From assembly GCA_000320545.1 (NCBI GenBank), contig ADNK01002595.1, forward strand, positions 63,632-127,631: DNA of 64,000 bases, in the 5' to 3' direction. A program made the position numbers and the translations under genes. The notes below the pieces were generated by a model, which saw only the letters and a list, made by a program, of their open reading frames with translations, searched no databases and was not told the origin of the DNA. Position 1 is the first letter of the stretch. Each line of letters begins with the position of its first letter. The DNA is from Bigelowiella natans CCMP2755 (lineage: Eukaryota > Protista > Cercozoa). Positions 44,280 through 55,738 of the stretch are shown piece by piece.

Positions 44280-47200
44280 TTATGAATTCGGTCTAATGGT
44301 ACGGCAGCCTTCTTTCAACGCTATTCCATCAGCTTTTTCTAAACTGGCTTGTGCGCCAGGATGCCCTTGGTTGGCGGCCTTTCGATACCATTGGACGGCC
44401 TGCTCCCAGTCTTTTCCCACCCCCCTACCTTTTTCGTAACACAATCCTAACTCATGTTGCGCGCCGCTGTGGCCTTTGATAGCGGCCTTACGATACCAGC
44501 TCACAGCTCGCTGCCAGTCCTTCTGCACTCCCTCACCTTTTTTGTAGCAAGCTGCGACACAGCATTGCGCACCGCTGTGACCTTGGAGGGCGGCTTTTCG
44601 ATACCACTCGACGGCTTGCTTCCAGTCTTGCTCAACTCCCTCGCCTTTTTTGTAGCGAAATCCAAGAGCATATTGTGCGCCGCTGTGCCCTAGGTCGGCG
44701 GCCTTATGGTACCACTCGACAGCTTGCCTCATGTCTTTCTCCACTCCCACACCTTTTTGGTAGCTGTGTGCTAGGTAGTACTGTGCACCACTGTCGTTTT
44801 GGTTCGCGGCTTTTCGATACCACTCGACGGCCTGCTTCCAGTTTTGCTCAACGCCCAGGCCTTTCTGGTAGCAAAATGCTATGTTGTTCTGGGCGCCTCT
44901 GTTTCCTTGTTTGGCAGACTTACGATACCACTCAACGGCTTGCTCCCAGCTTTTCTCCACTCCCCTGCCCTTTTCATAGCAAATTCCCAAAGTACATTGC
45001 GCGCCGCTGTGGCCTTGGTTGGCGGCTTTGAGATACCACTCGAAGGCTTGCTTCAAGTCTATCCCTACTCCCACGCCGCGTTGATAGCAAAGTGCTACAT
45101 TGCATTGCGAAATGACATATCCTTGGTCGGCGGCCTTTCGATACCACCAGTAGGCCAGCTTCACATCTCTCTCTATTCCTCTACCGTTTTGATAGCAAAC
45201 TCCAAGATTATATTGCGCGCCGCTGTGGCCTTGGGTAGCGGCCTTACGATAACACTCGACGGCTTGCTGCCAGTCTTTCTCCACCCCCTCTCCCTTTTCA
45301 TAGCAAAGCGCCACAGCATATGAGGCGAGGCTGTAGCCTTGGTCAGCAGACTTGCGGTACCATTCGAGGGCTTGCTTGAAATCCTTGTCCACTCCGCTAC
45401 CTTTTTTATAGGAAGTCCCCAGATTGTATTGCGCTATACTATCACCGACGGATGCTGCCATACGATACCAGTTTGATGCGATCTTTTCATCGATTTCAAT
45501 CCCTGTTCCAAAAGTGTAACATGCTCCAAGGTTTCTTTGCCCTCTCGCGTGTCCTCGCTCTGCTGCCGTTTGGAAGCACGCAAAAGCCTCTTTATGCCTT
45601 GATTGCCTGTTATGCCATTCTCCAAGGAGGGTAAATGCAGCCCGTTCCCTGTTTGCCTTACTCCATATTTGAGACGCTGACTCCTCGTCCTTTGCGCAGT
45701 CAATTCCATTATAGTAGCAGAAACCTTTGGCTGCTTTGCTTCCCATCGCAGCAGCCTGCTTGATGAGAGCTGTTCCCGTGCTCTTGGATTGCCTTTTCCA
45801 ATTCGATCCATAGTAAAAGTCATACCCTTCTTCGAATTTCCGGGCTATTTCCTCCTCTTGAGCATCCATGTGGCGTTGGTGCTCAGCTTGCATCTCCTGT
45901 GTGCCGTGTTTCTCGATCCCTGCCATTCCATCTTGTGTGAGATTTTTTAATGCCTCATAAGCCGTTGGCCGTTTGTCGAGTTCATGACTTAGGCATTTGT
46001 TAAATATTTTCCCGTAATTGTCTCTGTATCTGAATACCATAATGAATATTTTAAGGAATTGCTTGTAAATGTGACACTTCATCGCTACGACCTGGATGGG
46101 ATATGCAGCTTGCATTTGCCAGTTGTGATTTCAGATACCACATTGGATAAACTCTCCCCAGCTTTGAATCTCCTACTATATGGTGTTTCACCCTTCCACA
46201 AAACTTCAAACATCGTCACGCCAACTGACCAGATGTCCGCTTTGAACGTGAATTTTCGTTCTTTTCGCAGAGCTTCTGGTGGCATCCATGCCCAGGGAAG
46301 GAGTTCGGTACCCGTCGCAATATAAGTTCCACTAGGAGCACGGACGCACAAACCAAAATCAGCTAGTTTGGGAACAAGGCCAGGTTGGATGAGAATATTG
46401 CGGCAAGCGACGTCACGGTGGATGAGCTTATAAATGTGGAGATGCATCAATGCGAGGAGAAGTCCTCGGAATATTTTCCAGAAGTTCTGAGGAAAGGAAG
46501 TATGTAATTTTGATTTCCACCTATCTTCAAATGAAAATGAAAGGAGAGAGGAGTCACCTGAGGCGTTGTCAAATCGTACTTTCTGTGCAATTTGTCTAGG
46601 CTTCCCATTGTACAGAGCTCAGTCAGAAAGCACAACGCCCCTCTTGCATTTGGCAATATTCCACAGAATCTGCACGAACGTACTACAGACTCACACGGTA
46701 TGACAATCAAAAGGCATTGAAACAAGCACCTACCCAACGATATTTTCCTGGCCCGATACGATCATCAGCGCCAGCATCTCCTTCTTGTACCTGCAAAAAT
46801 AGAGCGATGGTTGCCGAAATTGATGATAAAATATAGATGAATATTTTGGGTGTATAATCAGTTGGTGGTTTACTCTTCTGATGCGTTCACGCTCTTTGGC
46901 TCTTTCAAAGCTATGCCCTGCGAACCAAATAACATCGCACATAAAGCGGAAACTTCCACGATCAAGTCTAAATTGCAACCTGTCCCGACTTGAGTGTCGC
47001 CATCCACGTGATCCCAAACTTTCCCTGAAGAAAATCTTTGATCATGTTGGAACGGCTAAGATTTCATTATATGTTGCTGTATCTACACCTCGCCAAGTCG
47101 CTTGGTCCTTTGAATGTCTTGCTCACCAAATACAAATGAGTTTCCCTGATGTTTGGTCTCAATGACATTGTTGCTCTCCGATCGTGGGATCCATTCGTTC

Positions 47201-47805
47201 GAGTCTCTCACAGCTTTTGGCACGTTTTTGCAAGAACCAGATTCTCCTGTATTCTCTACATTTTGCTCACTTTTGTTGTGCGGAGCGTAGCTGTAAATAT
47301 AATTTGTGCGGTCTTCTCCGTTTCCTTGATTTTGGGCCTCACTATTATTACTTTCGTCCGATTGTGGGATCCTTTTTTTGGAATCCTTCATAGATTTCGC
47401 CGTGTTTTCGGAACTTGACTCATCAACTTGAAGCGAACCTTTCGCAACTCCATTATTAACGGCGGGTTTCTTTCCTGTGGCCGAAGAGGAAGCGTAATAT
47501 ATGTACTCCGAATGTTTTTCTCCATCTTCTTGATTTTCGATCTCACTAACATTGCTGCCCTCCACTTGGGGGATCTTTTCATTTGAATCTCTCACAGGTT
47601 CTTTCGCATTTTCGCAACTCGACTCTTCAACTTGAAATGAATCTGTTTCTCCACTTTTGTATTCTCTGCTTTTGCTGTGTGATGACGAAGCGTAGTTGCA
47701 AATGTTATTCAATGCCTCTTCTCCATCTTCTTGTATCCTTTGCTTCGGAGAGTATTTGATGGAAAGCATCGATGCTCGGCATTTTGGGCAAAGTCCTGCT
47801 TCCAA
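44280..47805 (-). CDS. Tyrosine-kinase-like protein kinase with C-terminal Sel1-like repeats; true start probably further upstream (to ~48350)
   Basis: Spliced kinase motifs LGEGKFG, IALK, YKKE, HRDVACRN, ADFG, LPWAWMPPEAL and KADIWSVGV. A final exon (~46033-44280) holds 11 regular and about 3 degenerate 36-aa Sel1 repeats. Confidence 0.9.
44350..45560 (-). repeat. 108-bp coding tandem repeat array (Sel1 units)
   Basis: The motif gcgccgctgtggcc recurs at 44461, 45001 and ~45217, which are multiples of 108 bp apart. The consensus unit is GHSGAQxxLGxCYxKGxGVEKDWxQAVEWYRKAAxQ. Confidence 0.9.
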
Positions 47806-48468
47806 AGCCCTAAGCTACATTGTTCATACATGAAATATTTACACATCTTGTCATCAACTCAAAGAAGGTGCGCGAGTGTATGTGCGTGTGCTCATTCGCT
47901 CGAATTTGTGGTATCCACCTTCTCTCTTGTCTCCTTTAGCTCCTAACCAATATGCAACAAATCACTGATGTTGCCCGTAGCTTGTGGAGAGTAGTAGATG
48001 ATGACGAAAAGGAACGTAAAGGATGTAGTTGTACGCAGCAGTAGCAGTACCAGCACCATCAGCAACGCAATATACGCGCGAGCAGCAGCACCTGTTGGAT
48101 TAGAGCGAGGGTAGGCATGCTTGCAGATGTACTCTGGAGTGAACCCGTAACGCTGCTTCAGCGTCGTCGTTAAAGTAGACAAAATACAAGGGGATTTATC
48201 CCCTACGACAACAACTCGGCACAACAAGACAACGAGAAGGATCTGCTTGGATCCTTTGTCGCATCTGGCAAACGGTGGACATTCCGTCTCCCTTGTTTGT
48301 CTTTAGATTCTTGTTGGAAGTCGTTTTGCTTTTCGTTGTTGTTGGAATCGGCTAGTCGGATGGTATTATTTTTGCAGACGCAGGAAGAAAACCGCCTGTA
48401 TTCTGTGCTTAAAAGTAGTAGTGAAAGTAACACAGCACTGAGCTGTAGCAACCGAGCAGGAGCCGACA

Positions 48469-49070
48469 ATGGTGGCCGTTGAGCCGAGCTCCACCATCGA
48501 GGACGGGCTGCAGAACAACAGAAGAAGCACCATTGAAGAAAAGGAGGATCTCAAATCTAATGGAAAGCTAGTAAGCGAGCACGATTTTGAGCAACGAGAG
48601 CAGAGATGGGTGGAGCACGGCGCTGGGCCTCTGTCAATAGCTCTCATTTACGTCGGTGGGTGAATGAAGGCACACTCTCTTTCCCTTTCAAATATGATTG
48701 GATGTACGTGCAAAATTGGGTGTCGTGAGCAATTTGAAGTCGTTGATCTTTATTTCTTGAACCATACTCACTTTTATTGTCCCTTCCTTTCCCCCCCCTT
48801 TTCTTCTTCTATTGGGCAGTCGTTTTCCCGTTTGCTCTAGGCGTTGCGTTCCAGCTTGAAGACAGGTTATTATTCCAAGGATGAAGAGGATAGTGATGGT
48901 GATGATGATCATGATGATGATGAGATTGCATCATTACTCATTGGTGACTTCGATTCTCCATCCCTTCTGCCAAATGTTATATTTAGTGGCAAGAGAGATT
49001 TTCTCTTGGGACTGTTAGGAGCCTCTGCAGGAGTCTCTCTAATATTCTTAGCCTTGGTTGTTGTTGATTG

Positions 49071-49114
<44 letters not shown>

Positions 49115-49505
49115 TTAAGATTTTCTTTCGTATTCAGTCAAGAAATTAATCATTATACCTATCATCATGATCGTCGTCTTCTTCTACCCTCTTTTCATGG
49201 CCATGGTCGTCATGTGTTCTCTTTACTTGTCGTCGTATCAGACACACCTTACGGATCCTGGGAGACTTAAATTAGAGGATACAGTTGCGGTATATTTTGT
49301 TATGCATATATGTGCATGTATACATATGAATATTTACATATTATATATATATATATATATATATATACTATGCTGCTTATTATCCTACTACATTAATGAT
49401 GAGGTGTACCGCTACAGTATGATTACATGTTGGTGTTAGCTACCCCCCCCTGACGATCCGAGCACCATTTCTTCGAAAGAATGGGGAGGAAAGCGATATA
49501 GATGG

Positions 49506-49543
<38 letters not shown>

Positions 49544-49583
49544 GCTATGCGCTTATGCGTGCACACATATCTACCCCCCACCC

Positions 49584-49623
<40 letters not shown>

Positions 49624-49713
49624 ACTCAAATGTGATTCAGCGAAAATACTAACAAACGTTTTATCATCATCATCACCATCATCATCATTTTCTTAAAAAT
49701 ATTTTTGGACATT

Positions 49714-49746
<33 letters not shown>

Positions 49747-49858
49747 TTATAATCTCGCTGGATTGATCTAAAAGGTGCACCACATGTAAGCTGTGGCGGC
49801 CTCCTCGATGCTCACATTGCAATTTATGCGGTAGTACAGAGAATAAATGAAAGTATGG

Positions 49859-49901
<43 letters not shown>

Positions 49902-50204
49902 TGTCGTCGTGTGTAATCTAACAAATATTTCTAATTCCTGAAGGATACTGCGTGCTACGCTTCGATCATCATTGTCCTGCTATGGGTAATATCACTCTTT
50001 TCAAAACCATGCCATACTATTGCTCATATAAACGCGAGCACACATAAGAGTGTAGATAATATGAAATATAATGTGATGTGTATTTTTGCGTGTGTGTGTG
50101 TGTGTGTGTGTGTTCTAAGGTAATTGTATTGGATTAAAGAACCATCGTTTCTTTGTGGTGATGCTAGTAACTGCTGGCTTCTCTTTGGCACTCTGCATAG
50201 TAAG

Positions 50205-50244
<40 letters not shown>

Positions 50245-50501
50245 AATGATTATCTTGATCACATCTCTCCTTCCTATTATCACCGTGCTCTATACTCTTC
50301 CTCCTCCTCCTCCTCCTCCTCCTGCTGCTGCTCAAACGGATTATGCTGAAAATATGTGTGTATGTGAATATAAAGACTATCTACGTGGAGAGATTAATAG
50401 AAATCAGTTGGCCTTCTCCATCCGCATGGAAACACTGGTAAGGAGGAATGAGAAAAAGATAAATTCTATTTGTTTGCACGAGTACTAATCAATTTGCCCT
50501 A

Positions 50502-50541
<40 letters not shown>

Positions 50542-50642
50542 TTCCACTCTATATCTGCACGTCATTCAGGGAAGCTTATTTAGTTGCTTTGTCGGTTCTA
50601 ATATGCGGGTGTCCCTCCATAAACCTGTACGCAGTAGTTGTA

Positions 50643-50675
<33 letters not shown>

Positions 50676-51293
50676 TCATATTGAACGTCGCTTTAATCTA
50701 TGCACTGATGCTGTAGCCATTTGAGAGAAAGTAAGCTAGTACACACGCATACTATAATCGATATGATACGCACACTCCTACTTTCCTCTATACACAAATT
50801 TATCATCATCATTACCATCTCGTCAGTTGGAGAATTTATCGTCTATCTCAGGTGCGGCTTTGGATGCATAAACTTCTGCAGCTTGTTTTGCGATCTAACT
50901 ACAAAGGAACGAGTCAAAGGTAATGCGAATGATGATGATGGATATGCAAAGCGCTATTCTTACTTTGTGTGGTGGTAGTTGTGTGCATGATTTTTGTTCC
51001 ATGAGTATAGACGACACGATTGCCTTGCGATCGAAGCATTGAAATCAAATCAATCCATCATTTTTGAGTTGAGAAGGAATTGACCGAGCATTATCCTTGT
51101 TATCATCCTGTTAGTACATCACGTCATATTCATTATACTCATTATCAACATCGTCATCACAACCTTTATTCTGATACGGTTAGGACGAGATAGAAACGTC
51201 CTCGCTCCCAGGGTCAGTGATAGTAGTAGTAGAGAGGACAACACGAAGTACTCATTAAAAGGGGGAGGGGAGATAGTTGAAAGTACAAGGGAA

Positions 51294-51333
<40 letters not shown>

Positions 51334-51740
51334 GCATAATTCACTCGTCATTTTCCAATACGTCGTATTTTCCTTGTCATACGTGTGTATGTGTCGTGAA
51401 TATCGTTTATTATTGACGATTATATATCAAGCAAAACGATGATGAGATTTCGCAAGCAAAGTGTAAGTGCGACAATGCCTTACCGTTGCCTTCCGTCTAT
51501 TTCTTCCTTTTGTTCTTTTTCCTTCTTGTTCTTCATAGAATACAAGCGGAATATACGCAATATTATGCGAATCTATCTCACTCCGTGCCCTGGTATACTA
51601 CTACTACTAATGATAATATAATAGTAACAATACTGCTGCTGCTGATGTTACAACAACTACTACTTCCACTGCTAGTAGTAGAACTTCCTACAAGCACCAC
51701 TTATCAGCCATCCTCTACTACAATCAAAACCTACAATCAA

Positions 51741-51805
<65 letters not shown>

Positions 51806-52518
51806 TTTTATTCCTACTTCCTAGTATGTGGACACATGCAATGGAACTCCGCATTACGTTCCAAAACGAAAACGACGAGGCAAGATGCAATACTGCGACT
51901 ACTCCTGCTACTACTACTATTTCCATATCATTAACAGAATAATTATAATAACGATTCGAAATAGGACAACATTGTAAATATAACACGTGTTTGAACCGAG
52001 CCTTATTGCTATCGACGCACTCATGAAGGAGGCTTTCGCATTCCTAGATCTGGATTTGTGTTGTATTTTTGTGTCTTTTCCGACCCATTTCCTATCTCCT
52101 TTTTCTTAGTAAACATATTGCGCTATCTATCTATGTGTAAGTTTACAATACGTATCAACATTTTACAGTTATAGGAGTCACACGCCGTCCACAACCGAGC
52201 GTGGTAATTGTTATAGTGACGCTGAATAAACAAGAATCATAGCGTTTTATGAATACAGGGAGGAGAATTCTCGAAAATCCTTCAACTTTTGGTTTATTTT
52301 GTGGTGCGTGTGCGTGTATTTGGCAGCAACAGCCTACTGCACATGAATTGTTTTGATTTGTTCTTAATAGTTCATCGCCATATTTTAAGGCATCTGTGAA
52401 GTCGGACTCTCCCCTCACACAAGTGGTGGTGGATGGGGAAGTTGTGGCTGCTCCAATAGGGGGCGACGACGAATTGAAGGAAAACAAGGTTACAGAGGAC
52501 GTAGCACGCAATGAATAA
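48469..52518 (+). CDS. DHHC-type protein S-palmitoyltransferase
   Basis: TDPG motif, [44 protein letters not shown] and the LTTKE motif. The C-terminal exons (to the stop at 52516-52518) are less certain. Confidence 0.9.
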
Positions 52519-53227
52519 TCTTGTTGCAATGGGGAAAAACGTTCTTTGAGCATGGCATACCCCTGTCAACTAGTAACTGATGCGAGAGGTTCCCACCAGC
52601 AAAACTAAATTTAACATCGACTAGATCGATGCTATTCGATCGGAGACTATGATTCGCCGCCTAGAACATGTCTAGACAGACGTACCGTTCCGCAAGTAGC
52701 CACACGTCATTTTTATATTAGCTATTCAGGCTTGGTCCCCGCCGTCTATATGCGACATGCCAGCTGTAATTTTGTTAGTGATATGACGTCAATGCAGCTT
52801 GTCGTACCTGAACTATGCCATGCCAGACACGCGAGTAACTGGCACAAAGCACGATGTCCGACAAGTGCTTTGTTTGCCTATAATTTGCCACATCTAGACA
52901 TGCGCTGGCTGAAGGCATGCGTGTATACTACCTCTATGAAACTACACATGATTTGATGATATTGTCACAATATCGATGAGCTTTATGTATATTGAGATCG
53001 CAGGCAAGAAATATGGCAAAAACAGCTAGCTTGAGGAACACTCTAGAGCGGTGTTGCCGGCTGATGTTAGCCTGATCGCGCGCGGGCTGAGCTTTGGCAG
53101 ATGGGAAGCGCATAGAAACAATGGCATCGTTGTCAAAAATTACATTTAGCACATATAAATATATATCACAACTCAAATCTATCTGTGGGTTAGTTAGAAC
53201 ATCTAGATATTTGTTGTTTTGCACGGT

Positions 53228-53813
53228 TCAATATCCCTCCGGTACCCCCATTACTGGGAGCTTCATATCAGGCCCATGAATGCAGCCACCCTGCCTACGG
53301 GAAAACACACGGTCAACCTTTGTTGGATCTGGTCTATACAGTTGAACATTAGCTTTGGTTGCAATTTTTTCGTTCTTATTGAAAAATATCGTTCGCGAAT
53401 TCTTGAATTCCGAGTATATGTGACTCTGCCACTCGCCATCCCTTTCATTTGAGCACTCGTGCACATCGCGTGTCAGCGACCAAAGCATCATCAACTGTCG
53501 AGGAAAAGAGTACATAAGGAGGAGGAGGAGGAGGAGGATACATATGAATTAGGTTACGAATTCACTTGATATCAGTTAGAAGACTATTCTCTACCGACGT
53601 ACAGTGCGAAGTAAAAGAAATTCAAAGAACATGCACTACTTTTCAATACCTTGCTCCCCTTCGAGGCAGTATACCTTGCAATGTCAGAGACGGTTTCCAA
53701 GGGGGTGACTTGTGTCATCACGCCAACACCAACGTTTTCGTATCCAACGATCTTACCATATCTACAATAAAAACTTCGTTTGCTGCTATGCTGGGAACAA
53801 GGTCTAATGCATA

Positions 53814-53911
<98 letters not shown>

Positions 53912-54686
53912 TGGAACATGAGTAGCACGACCTTTCAAAGAGGTCATGTTGTTCATCCCAGTATCTCATGGTGGTAACGTGCTGGATGAGATGCTTTGTC
54001 TCTGCAAGGATTTCTTCGTCGTGTGGATTACCTAACCCAGCACAAACGAGGAATTAGTAACATAGGATGGTTAAGTATTACGGCCTCAACATACTTAAAA
54101 GCGTTTATTTGGTGCAGCAAAACCGTAAGGAGGAGGAGGAGGAGGAGCAACATATGTAACTCTCTTCACGCTCAACTGGTATGTGACTAACCCATAGTGA
54201 CATAGGTGACAATCATGTTGGGATCCTCGTGCTTTATGGATTTAATAAGATCGATGAACTTTCCGGAAAACTTTGTTTCATCCTATCAGGAGAGAGGAAA
54301 GATTGCATGACAACGTTGAAGCACGATATTGCCATTGGAAGTATCATCGTATTCGTTGCGTGCTATACCATGCCACTCTCGATATCCATGTCAAATCCGT
54401 CGATTCCGTGCATCTTAGCATCTGCAACGATATTCTTTGCGAAGGCAGGGATGTTAACCTGGTCCCAATGGCATGTGGGAGAGTCGAGTAGGGATAGCAG
54501 CACCTTCTGCACTTTTTTTCGATTCTTAATCTCTGCAATGTCGCTAAATATCTCTTGTTTGCTATAGACAAATGTTTGATCAAATTCCCAGCCGCTTGCG
54601 TTGTTCATAGACTCCCCATCAAGTGCCCTGATATGTAGAGGATACATTCAAATTAAAATTGAGAATAAATTTACCTCTATGCGCGC

Positions 54687-54727
<41 letters not shown>

Positions 54728-55016
54728 TTTACATAATATCGTAATACCTTGGTGCAATGAATGCAATAGGAATATAATCAATATTTTCAGGAACCTCCTT
54801 AAGGCGATATGGCTTAACATCGCCTTCGTAGTAGCCCTCCCAGTAAGCAATAACTTTTTTGTCGCCACTATTCCTCACATACTCATTCGATGAGATGGTA
54901 ACAGCAGCATTTTTATTAGGCTTGAGTCCAGTCGTTGAGAGAACGCGTCCTTGCCTATTGTGCCAGTGCGAGCTAACTTCCCTAGTTAGGAGCAACAAGG
55001 GGAGGAGGGAGAGCAT
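53228..55016 (-). CDS. Secreted GH18 glycoside hydrolase (chitinase / endo-beta-N-acetylglucosaminidase-like)
   Basis: Signal peptide MLSLLPLLLL, then VIAYWEG, IDYIPIAFI, KVLLSL, catalytic GIDGFDMDIE (DxxDxDxE) and terminal MMLWSL. Confidence 0.85.
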
Positions 55017-55738
55017 CCAGCCAAGGTGTGCTTTGAATAATTATGTTCAGCATACTTCTTCGTCGAACCAAGAGAGAATCTCGTACTTTCTGAGAAATAA
55101 ACCAAAGATATGTCTTGTCGCATCTTTTTAATGCTAAGAATTTACACAGACTTCATTTATTGTACTCTCGAGAAAAAGTATATTCGCCTATGCCCCAATT
55201 TTGAATTGTCGCAATATGTAATTGGACTACGATTTACAAGTTGGCTGCAAACTTTTTAGGGCGACATTCATTATCTTGCGATAACTTGCCAAAACCTCAT
55301 CGTATTTTTGCCTGTAAAAACTCGGTATTTCCATGAAAACAGGACTGCAGAAATTTGTGCGGTGGCGAGGAATGGCGTTTTTTATTAGCGACAAGGTGTT
55401 GCAACGGGTGTTTTTGATGAGCGACAATGCATGATGACAAAAATAATGGCCTCATCATCTCATCATCATCATCGCTCAAGATAAAAAGATAGACTTGGAT
55501 GAGGATAGAACAGAGCTGAACAGAATGAACAAAACGACCAAGTGCCTGGGCCCTCCCGGTCCTTCTTCTAAAGCTCGTCAAAAATCCACAAGTGTTGCCA
55601 GTTCGCAAGCACATCAATCTCTATGAAGTTTGGAATAGCAGCATGGTTACAAATGATCATAATGCATGTGCTCCGAGATTAAATCTAATACTTCTGTCTA
55701 CGTCGTTAAGGTGCAAACGAATTTCGGGCAGGACTTCG

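Noticed and set aside
44454-45323. Long + strand ORFs (79-174 aa)
   Set aside because: Antisense shadows of the Sel1 repeat exon.
44350-45560. Regularly spaced repeats resembling a CRISPR array or TALE
   Set aside because: The period is 108 bp, in frame, and encodes Sel1 repeats. There are no unique spacers or cas genes, and no TALE consensus.
52155-52553. 132-aa minus-strand ORF
   Set aside because: It overlaps the likely terminal exons of the + strand DHHC gene.
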